Source: Candidatus Marinacidobacterales bacterium | GTDB taxonomy: Bacteria > Acidobacteriota > Vicinamibacteria > Marinacidobacterales > DATDRI01 | Direction of reading: 5' to 3' | Assembly: GCA_965226495.1 (NCBI GenBank) | Contig: OZ245365.1 | Span: 2,304,001 to 2,368,000, forward strand | DNA length: 64,000 nucleotides | Notes under the pieces: generated by a model | The model's database searches: none | What the model was told of the DNA's origin: nothing | What the model saw: the letters and a program-made list of their open reading frames with translations, nothing else | Made by a program: the position numbers and the translations under genes | Shown: positions 19,606 through 29,576 of the stretch, piece by piece | How the letters are laid out: every line of letters begins with the position of its first letter | How positions within the stretch are numbered: the first letter of the stretch is position 1

Positions 19606-21231
19606 ATGAGGGGTGGACCTGCATTGCTCGTCCCGCTATTGCTGGCGAGCGTCGTCTCTGCCGGGCAGCCGGATTCCCGCACCGGTCAGGTCAACGCCCT
19701 CTTCAAGAATTACGACCGGGCCGATGTCCCCGGCTGCGGGTTGGGTATCATCCAGGACGGCCGCTTCATCTACCAACGTGGGTACGGGATGGCGAATTTG
19801 GACTACGGCATTCCAATTCTGCCGCAGACCGTGTTTCGCCTCGGGTCAGTCTCGAAGCAGTTTGCCGCGATGGCAATTGCCTTGGCCGCAGCGGATGGGA
19901 AGCTTTCCCTGGACGACGACGTACAAAAGCATCTTCCCGAGCTCAAGAATCTTTCCGCCCCAGTAACCATCCGCCACATGCTGTACCACACGAGTGGGAT
20001 CCGGGACTATTTGGACCTCATGGATGTCGCAGGTATTCGGTCGGAGGATGACTACTACACGGTGGAGGACGCCTTCGCGATGATTGCCCGGCAAAGGCAT
20101 CTCAACTTTCCGCCGGGAGACGAGTATCTGTACAGCAATTCCGGTTACTTTCTGATTTCCCAGATCATTCCTCGGGTGACCGGAAAGAGTCTGCGCGAGT
20201 GGGCCAGCGAAAAAATCTTCAAGCCTTTGGGAATGAACAACACACAGTTCCTCGACGACCTCCGGATGGTTGTGCCGAACCGGGCGACCGGGTATCGACG
20301 CACCAAGGGTGGTGGTTTCGAAATCGATGTTTCGAAACTGGATCTGGTCGGCGACGACGGGGTGTTTTCCACTGTGGATGATCTCCTCCTTTGGGATCAG
20401 AACCTTTACGAAAACAGGCTGGGTGGGGCGGCGGTGCTGAAGGAGATGTTGACGCCGGGTGTACTGAACGACGGGGTCACTCAGGAATATGCGCTTGGTT
20501 TGGACGTAAGCACGTACCGCGGGCTGAATACGGTGGGGCACGACGGTTCTTGGGTCGGCTACCGCGCCGGCATCCTGCAATTTCCGGAACAGGAGTTCTC
20601 GGTAGTGTGCCTCTGCAACCGGAGTGACGCTGAACCGATGGACTTGGCTCGAAGGACTGCCGACATCTACTTAGACGAGCACATGGAATCGCAACCCGTG
20701 TCGGCAGGGCTGCCGATTGAGGTGGGGCGCGTCGGGGAGTACTGGGGCGAGCGGACGGGAGAGTTCGTTGAGGTTGCGAACGAAGAGGAAGGACCCGTGT
20801 TGAAGATCGACGGAGACTCCTACCGACTGTTGGGACGAGGTGAGAACCGATTCCGTGCCGTTTCCGGCTTGGACGAAGCGGACGTCGTTTTCGACGCGAA
20901 CCATCGGATGACGGTACAGGACCGAGGCCAGCGGCCTTTCGAGTTCGAGCCTCTTCGCGATCTTCCGCCCCCCGCGTCTGATCTAAAGGCGTACCAGGGT
21001 TCTTATTATTGCGACGAGGTCGAGGCCACTTACCAGGTTCAACTATCGGAAGAGGGGAAACTGACTTTGGCAGGCCTGGTCTTGGACGATCCAGCGCTCG
21101 AACCCATGTTTCGGGATGGTTTCCGTTGGGAGTGGGGAAGTATTGTCTTCCAGAGAGACGCCCGCGAAGACGCCTCGGGATTTCGTCTAAGCATGGGGCG
21201 AGCCCGGAACTTCCGATTTGTAAGGAAATAG
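19606..21231 (+). CDS. Serine hydrolase, beta-lactamase/PBP class C family, secreted
   Basis: Signal peptide; FRLGSVSK (SxxK), YSNSGY and GHDG motifs. Confidence 0.92.
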   Translation: MRGGPALLVPLLLASVVSAGQPDSRTGQVNALFKNYDRADVPGCGLGIIQDGRFIYQRGYGMANLDYGIPILPQTVFRLGSVSKQFAAMAIALAAADGKLSLDDDVQKHLPELKNLSAPVTIRHMLYHTSGIRDYLDLMDVAGIRSEDDYYTVEDAFAMIARQRHLNFPPGDEYLYSNSGYFLISQIIPRVTGKSLREWASEKIFKPLGMNNTQFLDDLRMVVPNRATGYRRTKGGGFEIDVSKLDLVGDDGVFSTVDDLLLWDQNLYENRLGGAAVLKEMLTPGVLNDGVTQEYALGLDVSTYRGLNTVGHDGSWVGYRAGILQFPEQEFSVVCLCNRSDAEPMDLARRTADIYLDEHMESQPVSAGLPIEVGRVGEYWGERTGEFVEVANEEEGPVLKIDGDSYRLLGRGENRFRAVSGLDEADVVFDANHRMTVQDRGQRPFEFEPLRDLPPPASDLKAYQGSYYCDEVEATYQVQLSEEGKLTLAGLVLDDPALEPMFRDGFRWEWGSIVFQRDAREDASGFRLSMGRARNFRFVRK

Positions 21232-22268
21232 ACCGGTGCCGGCTCGCGAGCCGAGTCGCCTTTGCGTTTGTACCGCGCCATCACGTCCTTACCGTAGTCG
21301 CACTCGGCCAGATACTGGTTGTGAGCGTGGCACATCAAATAGATATTCTCTGGCCTGTGGTCGCCGCCACGACCAAATGGCTCCCGGTGGTGAAACTGGA
21401 GCCCTCCGCGATCGTTGCACCGTTTGCCTCGTACGTCGATAAACGTGCACTGGTCCCCGTCACGCTCCCGCACCGCCCGCTTCACCGCAGCCGGGATGTG
21501 GCGTGACGATGGCGATGAATCGGTCTGTTCAAGATTCTTTCTTGGGGCCTTCGTCTTCCCAAAGCGCTTCGATTCGAGCCGCTCGAGCTTCTCGGTCACG
21601 GCCTCTTCTATGATCGCCGTCAGATCGCCGTCGGGAACTGAGCAGCGCATCAGCATCTGGAGTCGCTCAAGCTTTGCGTGAAGCTCGGCGCTCGCGGTGA
21701 ACTGAATTTTGTAGCGGGCAGGTGCTAGGGGCTGCACCACGGCGGGCTTGGCCGGAGCCGGTGACGGTCGAGCAACTCGGTCCGGACCGAGTTCAAGGGC
21801 TGGCGTTGGTCTCGTTTTCTCCTGACGTTCTGGCAGCTTGCGCATCGTCGCCTGGACATCTGGCTTGGGAGAAAGCTCGGCCACCAGCTCCTCGATTTCC
21901 CTTTTGGACTTGTGCGCTGCTCGGGCCAGCAGCGTCTGTCGATTAGCCTCGGTGAGGTGTGGTGCAAGCTTGGCGATGGCGCTCAAGTGAAGCCGTCCAT
22001 CGCCGAGCATCTCTAGCAGGACAGCGTGTTTCCGGGACGCGCGCGCCGCTGCGATGCGCAGATAGGCTTCGTGCTCCGACAGATGCAATACCTCAGTGCA
22101 GTACGAAAACATCGAAGGACAGGCCTCTCGAGCATACAGTCGCCGCTCGTCCACTTCGCCAATGTGTGCGACCAACTCTGACTCGACACACCTGGATTTC
22201 TTTAGAAGTTCGGACAGGCTGCGGAGTAGCCCATCATCCGAAAGCGATTTAAGTAAGTCGTCAAGCAT
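21039..22268 (-). CDS. DUF222-like / HNH endonuclease protein
   Basis: LVAHIGEVDERRLY...SMFSYC N-terminus; RHIPAAVKRAVRERDGDQC...LQFHH...NIYLMCHAHN HNH/zinc domain. Similarity to the paralog ends near 21225 and the ORF then runs antisense into the upstream gene. Confidence 0.88.
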   Translation of the reverse strand: MLDDLLKSLSDDGLLRSLSELLKKSRCVESELVAHIGEVDERRLYAREACPSMFSYCTEVLHLSEHEAYLRIAAARASRKHAVLLEMLGDGRLHLSAIAKLAPHLTEANRQTLLARAAHKSKREIEELVAELSPKPDVQATMRKLPERQEKTRPTPALELGPDRVARPSPAPAKPAVVQPLAPARYKIQFTASAELHAKLERLQMLMRCSVPDGDLTAIIEEAVTEKLERLESKRFGKTKAPRKNLEQTDSSPSSRHIPAAVKRAVRERDGDQCTFIDVRGKRCNDRGGLQFHHREPFGRGGDHRPENIYLMCHAHNQYLAECDYGKDVMARYKRKGDSAREPAPVYFLTNRKFRARPMLRRNPEASSRASLWKTILPHSQRKPSRNMGSSAGSSKTRPAKVSFPSSDS

Positions 22269-22289
22269 GACTCGTTCCCCCTCACAACT

Positions 22290-22298
22290 AATATAGCA
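22290..22298 (-). promoter_or_regulatory. Putative extended -10 promoter of the HNH gene
   Basis: TGcTATATT on the minus strand, followed by a GAGGGGG RBS and the ATG at 22268. Confidence 0.5.
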
Positions 22299-22543
22299 AC
22301 ACGTTTTTCTTGGGCGTGAGACGACACAGACTGGGAAGACATGTGCTCAGACAAGCTTCTTGTCTCGAAAGTACCAGGCAGTGATCAGAGGGGCAATGGT
22401 AGGTTCTCAAGTAGGATTTGGAAGGCGGCAACCAAGAACCGGAATGGGCTCGCCAAATCCTGTCAAGGGGAAATTTCTCTTTTTTTTTGCTCTAGTGATT
22501 CACGCTTGAGTGACATGTCGCAACTGCAGAGTCGTTTTCTCAC

Positions 22544-23779
22544 TTACCTAACGACTTCGCTGACGACTTCTCCATCGATCACGGTGCCCACACAGTGGCT
22601 GGTGTACTCGAAGGGGTCTCCGTCGTAAAGCGCGACGTCGCCATCCTTGCCAGCTTCGAGCGACCCCACCCGATCGTCGATCCCCAAGAGGCGAGCGGCA
22701 TCGACCGTGATGGAGGCGAGAGCATCCTCGAACGACAGTCCATTGGCAGCGGCGAGAGCGGCTTCGAAGAGAACGACGCGGGTCTTGGGTACATAAGCCT
22801 CATAGCCGCTTTGTAGGGCGAAAGGAATGTCTGCCGCCTTAAGGCGAGACGCCGCCTCCATGGTGAGGTTCTCGGTCTCCCCGCCCGAACGATACATCGT
22901 GGGATGCAAGATCACCGGATATCCAGAAGCCCTGATCTGGTCGGTGACCAAGTAACTTTCTGCAGCGCCGTCCAAGACCAGTCGAATGTCGAACTCCTTC
23001 GCAAGGCGGATGGCGGTCAAAATATCCTGAGAGCGTTGGGCGGTCACGAGAAGGGGAAGCTCGTGATTGAGCATTTTGGCGAAGACTTCAAGCCTGAGGT
23101 CGCGGTCGGGTTTGTCCTCCTCCTCGTCGCTCGTGGTTTTGTCGAGGTAGTCCTGCGCCTTGATGAATTCGGTTCGCAGCATCGCAACCATCTTGGCGCG
23201 CGTTCCGGGTGGCTTCTCCTTTTCAGCCCGGGCGCTGTCGCCCAGTGTGGCCGCCACCATCGCCTCGGGAACGAGAACGGCTTCGTCGACGTTGTTGCCC
23301 CGAGTCTTGACGATCATCGTCCGTCCGGAGATGAGGGCTCCCGGGGAATGCCCGGTGTGCATCGTCGTGATGCCGAACTCACGAAGCCACTCCACCAGTG
23401 GCTCCCGTGCGTCGTAAGCGTCCATCGCATTCAGCTCGGGTTGCATGGGCGCGGAGGCTTCCAGCTGCTCTTGGTCGTTGGGCTGGTTGAGGTAACCCGC
23501 GATGCCCACGACGGTGTGCGCGTCGATCAGGCCCGGTGTGACGACCTTGGCGGTTAGAACCCGGAATCCGTTTGGTATCGTGACACTAGAGGCAGGACCT
23601 ACGCGCTCGATCCTGCCGTCGCGGATCAGCACAACACCGTCCGCGATGGAAGGGCCGGCCATCGTATAGACCGTCTCCCCCCGGACCGCGACTTGAGCCC
23701 CTTGAATCTGTAGAGTCGAAGAGAAAAAGAGGGTGAGGGTCAAAGCCTGCAACAGAACTCCGCCATGGCTTCGCATCAT
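22544..23779 (-). CDS. Amidohydrolase family protein (secreted)
   Basis: PGLIDAHT and VGSLEAGKDGD motifs; overlaps the stop of the upstream paralog. Confidence 0.9.
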   Translation of the reverse strand: MMRSHGGVLLQALTLTLFFSSTLQIQGAQVAVRGETVYTMAGPSIADGVVLIRDGRIERVGPASSVTIPNGFRVLTAKVVTPGLIDAHTVVGIAGYLNQPNDQEQLEASAPMQPELNAMDAYDAREPLVEWLREFGITTMHTGHSPGALISGRTMIVKTRGNNVDEAVLVPEAMVAATLGDSARAEKEKPPGTRAKMVAMLRTEFIKAQDYLDKTTSDEEEDKPDRDLRLEVFAKMLNHELPLLVTAQRSQDILTAIRLAKEFDIRLVLDGAAESYLVTDQIRASGYPVILHPTMYRSGGETENLTMEAASRLKAADIPFALQSGYEAYVPKTRVVLFEAALAAANGLSFEDALASITVDAARLLGIDDRVGSLEAGKDGDVALYDGDPFEYTSHCVGTVIDGEVVSEVVR

Positions 23780-25104
23780 CGCCCCTCGTCCAAGAGCTCT
23801 TGGAATACGAGCGGTTGATCGTGGCCGGCCCCGTAGCCACCCACGGCGTATAAGCGATCTTGGGGAATGTCACGGTCGAAGACCTTGTCGCCCTCCACCC
23901 ATGTTTGTAAGACCTTGGTGTACACACTAAGCGGATCTCCCGAAAGGATGACGAAATCGGCGTCCTTGCCTGGTTCGAGAGATCCGACGCGGTCCTCGAG
24001 CTCTAACATTCTGGCTCCCGCCATGGTGAGTCCGTAGATGGCTCCGGCGCGCGTCATTCCCGCCCTTACTGAGAGACCCGCGCAACGCAAAAACAGTCGA
24101 GAATCGGAGATAGCGTCATCGGTATGAAAACCCACGAGGACTCCCGCTTGCTCGAGGGCGGCGCCGTTTCCCTGCGAGAATTGTGCGTCCTTAGCTTCGA
24201 TCTTTCCTCCCGGGCTGTCGATCGTAATGATCGAGACCGGCGCCCCCGCCGCCGCAATTTCATCGGCGACTTTGTGTGCGTCGCTCGCGTGTTGGAGAAC
24301 GACGCGGAATCCGAACTCCTCGGCGAGCCTCAGGACAGTCAGGATGTCATCGTAGCGGTGAGTGTGATGGTGCACCATCCGCTTCCCGTCGAGGATCTCG
24401 ACCAGAGCCTCCATGCGTAGGTCGCGCGGCGGCATTTTGTCCGGATCGCCGTCGGCGCGACGCATCTTGTCGCGATACTCCTGAGCCTTGACGTACTGTT
24501 CCCGTACGAGTGCCGCGGACTTGGCTCTTGTGCCGGGAAAAGGAGGATCCCTTCGCGAATTAGTTCCGTTTGCCATCTTCATTCCGGATGCGATGGTTCC
24601 ATCTTCGTTCGTGATGAGAAAGTCGTCGATGACCCGGCCTTCGCGAAGCTTGAGATAGAGAGTTTGACCGCTCATCAGGTGCCCAGACCCCGGCATGACG
24701 TTGACGGTAGTGATCCCACCGGCCTGGGCTTTTTGAACACGAGCATCGCGCATGTTGAGCGAATCGAGCACGCGGGTGTCTGGCTGGATCGGTGCGCTTC
24801 GATCGGCGCCTCGTGGTCCGGCGATGTGGCTATGGGTATCGATTAACCCCGGCATGATGACCAGTCCTTCAACATCGTGTCGCTCCGCGTTCGAGGGAAT
24901 GTCGACCGAGCCGGTAGGGCCGACCGCGACGATCTTGCCTTCCTCGATGACGAGAACGCCGTCTTCGATCTCGATGCTTCCATCCGGGCTCACCGGGATG
25001 ATGCGCCCGCCGACGAAGGCTTGAGGCCTGTCTTGGGCGAGGGCGGGCCTTGCCAGCAGGAGTGGCGCGCCAAGGAACAACAAGATGGTGGTTTGTCTCA
25101 ACAA
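23776..25104 (-). CDS. Amidohydrolase family protein (secreted)
   Basis: PGLIDTHSH, HHHTHR and GSLEPGKDAD motifs. Confidence 0.9.
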   Translation of the reverse strand: MLRQTTILLFLGAPLLLARPALAQDRPQAFVGGRIIPVSPDGSIEIEDGVLVIEEGKIVAVGPTGSVDIPSNAERHDVEGLVIMPGLIDTHSHIAGPRGADRSAPIQPDTRVLDSLNMRDARVQKAQAGGITTVNVMPGSGHLMSGQTLYLKLREGRVIDDFLITNEDGTIASGMKMANGTNSRRDPPFPGTRAKSAALVREQYVKAQEYRDKMRRADGDPDKMPPRDLRMEALVEILDGKRMVHHHTHRYDDILTVLRLAEEFGFRVVLQHASDAHKVADEIAAAGAPVSIITIDSPGGKIEAKDAQFSQGNGAALEQAGVLVGFHTDDAISDSRLFLRCAGLSVRAGMTRAGAIYGLTMAGARMLELEDRVGSLEPGKDADFVILSGDPLSVYTKVLQTWVEGDKVFDRDIPQDRLYAVGGYGAGHDQPLVFQELLDEGR

Positions 25105-25126
25105 ATCCTACCTCCTCATTTCATAG

Positions 25127-26107
25127 TCAACGACAGAGTCTCTTCATGAAGCTATCTTCGTGACCCTTATGTTCAGTCCACATGATCGTGGCTTTGAGCT
25201 GAGCGCAAAAGTACGGGTTGAGTGCGGCCCCTCTCATGAGCTCGGAGAGAGCGGTTTCCTTGTCGCCGGCGGAGTAGGCGAGGAGGCCTAAGTTGAGATG
25301 GGTGTTAGGGCCGTCCGGCCAGAGCTCCACCGCGCGCTCCGCCTGTGCAAGGGCTCCCTTCACGTCTTTCACGCGAGCCAAGCGGCGACTCTCCGACACG
25401 GCACTCATCGAAAGCTGGATATTTAGAAGCCGACGTAGTTCGAGGATCGGCATCGGATGATCGTCGACGTGTAGTCGCACCGCGACATCGTTGTTGGTAT
25501 TGCGGCCACCATCTTTTTCAACAACCAAGAGCGCCGCCGACTGGCGGCCCCTCCGGTCGCCTCCCGCAGCCTGGCCGCCTTCGAGCGCGGCGAGCAATCG
25601 CTCGGCGAGGCTGCCAGTGGAATTCTCGAACACTTCTGCCATCTGCTCGACGACTTCCGGGCCGGCCAAAATGTTGCCTTGGGCCGAATAGTCCTTACCC
25701 TTCTTGTGTCCCGCCCAGTCGGAGGCCTCTGGGCCGGTGAACACCGCGACGTTGCCTTTGGGGTCGACGATGGCGACTTGGCGTCCATCCTTACCGGGGA
25801 ACGTGTCCTCTGCCAATAGGCGCTCCAGTACTTCGTCGGCGGTCAGTCCTTCTCTGAGAAGCGCCATACCTTGCGGCCCATAGCCGACATTCACATTTGC
25901 CTGGGTGGCGATGACTCCGATGTCGGCCTCTCCCCAGGGCACAACGGCACCCACCGCGAAGTAGCGGGACTGCACCGCGCAACCCATGGCACGGGTCTCC
26001 GGATCTATCGCAACGATCGAAAATGTCGCGACGACATCCTCTTCCGCTGGGGCGTTGGTTGCGGCGAGCAACAAACCGAGAGCCGTCGAGCTAAGCAGTC
26101 TGCTCAT
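25127..26107 (-). CDS. DUF1028 (Ntn-hydrolase-like) protein with C-terminal TPR
   Basis: TFSIVA, IATQA, QGNIL, GGDRRGRQSAAL and LHVDDHP motifs. Confidence 0.9.
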   Translation of the reverse strand: MSRLLSSTALGLLLAATNAPAEEDVVATFSIVAIDPETRAMGCAVQSRYFAVGAVVPWGEADIGVIATQANVNVGYGPQGMALLREGLTADEVLERLLAEDTFPGKDGRQVAIVDPKGNVAVFTGPEASDWAGHKKGKDYSAQGNILAGPEVVEQMAEVFENSTGSLAERLLAALEGGQAAGGDRRGRQSAALLVVEKDGGRNTNNDVAVRLHVDDHPMPILELRRLLNIQLSMSAVSESRRLARVKDVKGALAQAERAVELWPDGPNTHLNLGLLAYSAGDKETALSELMRGAALNPYFCAQLKATIMWTEHKGHEDSFMKRLCR

Positions 26108-26133
26108 TTGCGTTCCTCTTCTTGTGCGCCGGG

Positions 26134-26394
26134 CTATGCCGAGGCCAAGCGGTTATAAACCCACGCCAAGACCGCTCCCGCGAACGCTCCGTCCAAGGCC
26201 CCATAGAGAGTGCCGACGATGACCTGGCCGAAGCTGGCAGCCGCTTCGTAGCCCGGATAGAGTGAGGCGGCTACATCTAGGAAGGCCTGACCGTAGCCGG
26301 GCCAGATGAGGTTGGCCAAGCCTGTCAGGAACAGGGCGAGTCCGCCCCAGCCGATGGCTCCGGTGAGAGCCATAGCTCTAATATCGAGTTTCAT
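26134..26394 (-). CDS. Small 2-TM membrane protein (family often annotated as holin-like)
   Basis: MKLDIRAMALT...YPGY...GALDG...AWVYN; AGGAGG RBS. Confidence 0.75.
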   Translation of the reverse strand: MKLDIRAMALTGAIGWGGLALFLTGLANLIWPGYGQAFLDVAASLYPGYEAAASFGQVIVGTLYGALDGAFAGAVLAWVYNRLASA

Positions 26395-26429
26395 GATTAC
26401 GCCTCCTTGTGATGACCTCTGTCGTCATG

Positions 26430-26876
26430 TTAGGCCGAGCCCTTAGCTACAATTCGAAAGACCGGATGCTTAGCGGCCTCGGCGACGAAGGCATCTTGTG
26501 GTGAATCGGGGGTGACGTCGAAGTAAGGTCGTGTAATCGGGGTGGTGCGGATGTACTCTTTCAAAATGGGCGCGGCCGTCTCCGCGTCTGCTTCCTCGAG
26601 GTATACCGTTTCGTCTCGGACCCCGCGCCGAATTCGAGCCTCTCCTCCCCCAGCATGGACGTTCTTCACCCACCCCCGCTCGCCGTACGGTGAGACGATC
26701 CAGCGCTCATTGTTAAACTCCATCACGTTGACAGGCGTGCTGCGGGGACTTCCCGATTTCCGGCCCGTGGTGGTCAAGACGTGCAGAACCTTCGGACCGA
26801 AACCTAACTTAACGAGCGGGCTCATGAGCGAATTGATGAATCGGAGTGATCGGCTGAGTTCGTATTTTCGCGCCAT
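26430..26876 (-). CDS. Deazaflavin (F420)-dependent nitroreductase-family (Ddn-like) oxidoreductase
   Basis: LTTTGRKSGSPRSTP, WVKN and HPVFRI motifs. Confidence 0.82.
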   Translation of the reverse strand: MARKYELSRSLRFINSLMSPLVKLGFGPKVLHVLTTTGRKSGSPRSTPVNVMEFNNERWIVSPYGERGWVKNVHAGGGEARIRRGVRDETVYLEEADAETAAPILKEYIRTTPITRPYFDVTPDSPQDAFVAEAAKHPVFRIVAKGSA

Positions 26877-26985
26877 CTCACTAGTAGTAAGAAGAGGGCC
26901 TACTCTACCCTCAGTTGATGCCGTATCTCAACGTCCATAAGAGGGCGATTTGACGTCGGACCTCAGGGTGTAGAATAGAGTCGTC

Positions 26986-27816
26986 GTGCACATCGTAGCC
27001 TCGTTAGCGTTGATGGCACTCGCCGCTGGTGGCGATCGGTCGCTGGATCAGACTTCTCAGCTGTCGCTCTGGTATCAATCGGTGGGTGCGCCGCTGCCCC
27101 ATGAAGGCTTCGGCGAGTTCCTGAGCCGAGTCGCTCGAACCCGAGTCGACACCCCTTACGACCGTTCTCCCGAAATGGGAGCTGAGGAAATCCTCCGTGC
27201 CGGGCTGCGGCGTTTCGAGTGCGTGTCGTTCATCGAGAGCAGTCTCGGTGTCGCTCGCTGTGCGTGGCGCGGACAGTCCACCGAAGGTTGCTTCGTGTGG
27301 GAACTGCTAGGGCTTCGCTACCGAAGCGGGATGATGTCCAATTACGCGTCGCGTCTTCATTATTTCGTCGACTGGCTCGGGGATAACCGGGGGCGATGGC
27401 GTTTGCAGAACGTTACCAAGGAGCTCGGGGGAACGCCCGTCACGCGTAACTTCTTCTACTTGACGCGGCGTGCCGCTTTGATCCCCGCCCTGTCGTCGCC
27501 GTCAGAGCGAAAGGCGATCGCTGACATCGAAGCTCGTTTGAGCTCACGGTCTCAGGTTGTCGTGGGGCGCAACCGCATCGGACAAGCGGCCGCGGGCCTG
27601 CGGGATGGAGACATCGTTGCGATCACGGGCAGCAAGCCGGGGCGACTTGTCACCCACGCTGGCTTCGTTTCTAGGAGCGAGGACGGTATTGCTCATTTGG
27701 TTCATGCTTCGAGCTACCACGACCGGGTGGTAATAACGCGGCGGGATGTATCGGATTACGTGCTGCGAAGGCCGGAGCGCCGGGGCTTGATCATCGCACG
27801 ACCGCTCGCACCCTGA
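26986..27816 (+). CDS. DUF1460 NlpC/P60-type N-acetylmuramoyl-L-alanine amidase-like protein
   Basis: FECVSFIE (Cys), RYR..NYASRLHYF, GDIVAI..THAG and HASS motifs. Confidence 0.85.
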   Translation: MHIVASLALMALAAGGDRSLDQTSQLSLWYQSVGAPLPHEGFGEFLSRVARTRVDTPYDRSPEMGAEEILRAGLRRFECVSFIESSLGVARCAWRGQSTEGCFVWELLGLRYRSGMMSNYASRLHYFVDWLGDNRGRWRLQNVTKELGGTPVTRNFFYLTRRAALIPALSSPSERKAIADIEARLSSRSQVVVGRNRIGQAAAGLRDGDIVAITGSKPGRLVTHAGFVSRSEDGIAHLVHASSYHDRVVITRRDVSDYVLRRPERRGLIIARPLAP

Positions 27817-27833
27817 AAGAAAAGGCATCTGTT

Positions 27834-29576
27834 ATGAAGCACTCGAAAATGGCTTTGATCCTTGCCGTTATGGTGCTGAGTTCAGCGGCAGCGTCGGAAG
27901 GTCCTCGACTCCATTTTGTCGCCACGGCTCGGCAATTTGGTCCGGTCGGTTATCGGGATCCGGCGGGCGCGATGTCGCCAGATGGAGTCTGGTTGGCATA
28001 CTCGGTCGGCCGCACGCTCCGGGCACAACGGATCGACGGCGGGCCAGTGCATGAAGTCGGCGCTATCAATAGTCAGATTCGTTACATTGCGTGGCTTCCC
28101 GACAGTCGGCACGTGGCGGTTCGAGATCGGGAGCCGGATACCGGAGCACCGAGCTGGGAGGTCTTCGAGGTACTAACTGGCAAGAAGGAGCGGCTCTGGC
28201 CCAATAATCCCGAGGCGGCACGCCTCAGCCACCTCGCGTGGTCGCCGGATGGTGGCAGCGTCGCTGGCGTCTTGCGGCAGGGGGATGGTTCGCAGCTATG
28301 GCGAATGGACGGGAGTGGAAAGCAGATCACGGTCACCGAGAGCAAGGCTCGCCTCTCGTATCCGGTTTGGACGCCCCACGGCGCAAAGATAGCCTGTCTC
28401 GTTTTCGGGAACGGATCACAGCGTGTGAGTCTCGACTGCGAAGCGGATCCAAACGGATCGGGGAGTTGGGATCAAGAAGGCTACGGTCGTTTCGCCCTTT
28501 CGGCCGACGGCAAGAAGATTTACCTCGCCGCTCCGAACGAACACGGCATGCTAGATGTGTGGTCGCGAGGACTCGCCGATGGAAAGATGACGCGACTGAG
28601 TGCGTTTTCGAGAGATGCTTATGAGATCACGGCGGCAGCAGACGGCCGCGTTTTGTTCAAGACCCAAATCTACGACCCCCGCATCGCAGTGGTTCCTGCG
28701 AACGGGGGACCTACAAGGGAACTCGCGACATTTCTAGCCGAGACTCCGTCTTGGGATTGGACCGGAACAAAAGTCGGGTTCACGTACGGAAACTGGCGGC
28801 GGGTGATCGATGATTTCCATTACCCGGACATTGCGCAACACGTCGGGGTGATCACCGTAGGAGGTTCGGCGGCGACCGAACCGGAGCATACGGTTCAGTC
28901 GTCGACTTCCGAAGATCAAGGCATGTGTTGGTCTCCGAATGGGAAGTGGATCGCCTTTCATTCTCATTTCGGTCCTTCCGACGATCTGTGGATTGAGCCA
29001 GCGGACGGCTCACAAGCGTCACGTCAGATCACGCGAGACGGGCACGAGACCGGCTGGCCGCGTTGGTCGCCGGACGGGAAGTGGCTGATCTACCCTAGCC
29101 ATGTCAATGATCGGCCGAAGGCTCGGATCTACGTCGTGGGAATGGACCAAGAGACCGGCACCGTCACCCGACCTCAGCAAGAAGTGCCACTGGAAGGTTT
29201 CACGCAGCACGCGATGCAGACCGAGTGGATGCCGGACAGCGAAACGCTGGTCTTCGAAAGCGGTGGACCTCCCGGAAAGAAGGCGATCTACACCGTGAGT
29301 CGCACCGGAGGACGACCGAAATTAATCCATCAGTGGGATAGCGAGCAACATTACTCGGGGATTGGCCTCTCGCCCGACGGCAAGTGGGTTGCGTTCGTCG
29401 GGCCTTCCTCCAACGGTTACTTCCAGATCTTTCGCGTGCCGGCCACCGGTGGAACCCCCGAGCAGATCACGTTTGATCCCACGGACAAAACCCAGCCCTC
29501 ATATTCTCCGGACGGGGACCGTATCGTCTTTACGGTCTTCAGTTACGAGTCCCAGTTCTGGCTCGTCTCGCCCTGA
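27834..29576 (+). CDS. Secreted TolB/PD40 beta-propeller protein
   Basis: Signal peptide; many W/YSPDG repeats. Confidence 0.85.
   Translation: MKHSKMALILAVMVLSSAAASEGPRLHFVATARQFGPVGYRDPAGAMSPDGVWLAYSVGRTLRAQRIDGGPVHEVGAINSQIRYIAWLPDSRHVAVRDREPDTGAPSWEVFEVLTGKKERLWPNNPEAARLSHLAWSPDGGSVAGVLRQGDGSQLWRMDGSGKQITVTESKARLSYPVWTPHGAKIACLVFGNGSQRVSLDCEADPNGSGSWDQEGYGRFALSADGKKIYLAAPNEHGMLDVWSRGLADGKMTRLSAFSRDAYEITAAADGRVLFKTQIYDPRIAVVPANGGPTRELATFLAETPSWDWTGTKVGFTYGNWRRVIDDFHYPDIAQHVGVITVGGSAATEPEHTVQSSTSEDQGMCWSPNGKWIAFHSHFGPSDDLWIEPADGSQASRQITRDGHETGWPRWSPDGKWLIYPSHVNDRPKARIYVVGMDQETGTVTRPQQEVPLEGFTQHAMQTEWMPDSETLVFESGGPPGKKAIYTVSRTGGRPKLIHQWDSEQHYSGIGLSPDGKWVAFVGPSSNGYFQIFRVPATGGTPEQITFDPTDKTQPSYSPDGDRIVFTVFSYESQFWLVSP

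Noticed and set aside
26134-27816. Prophage lysis cassette (holin-like gene plus amidase)
   Set aside because: The genes are on opposite strands with another gene between them, and no phage genes are nearby.
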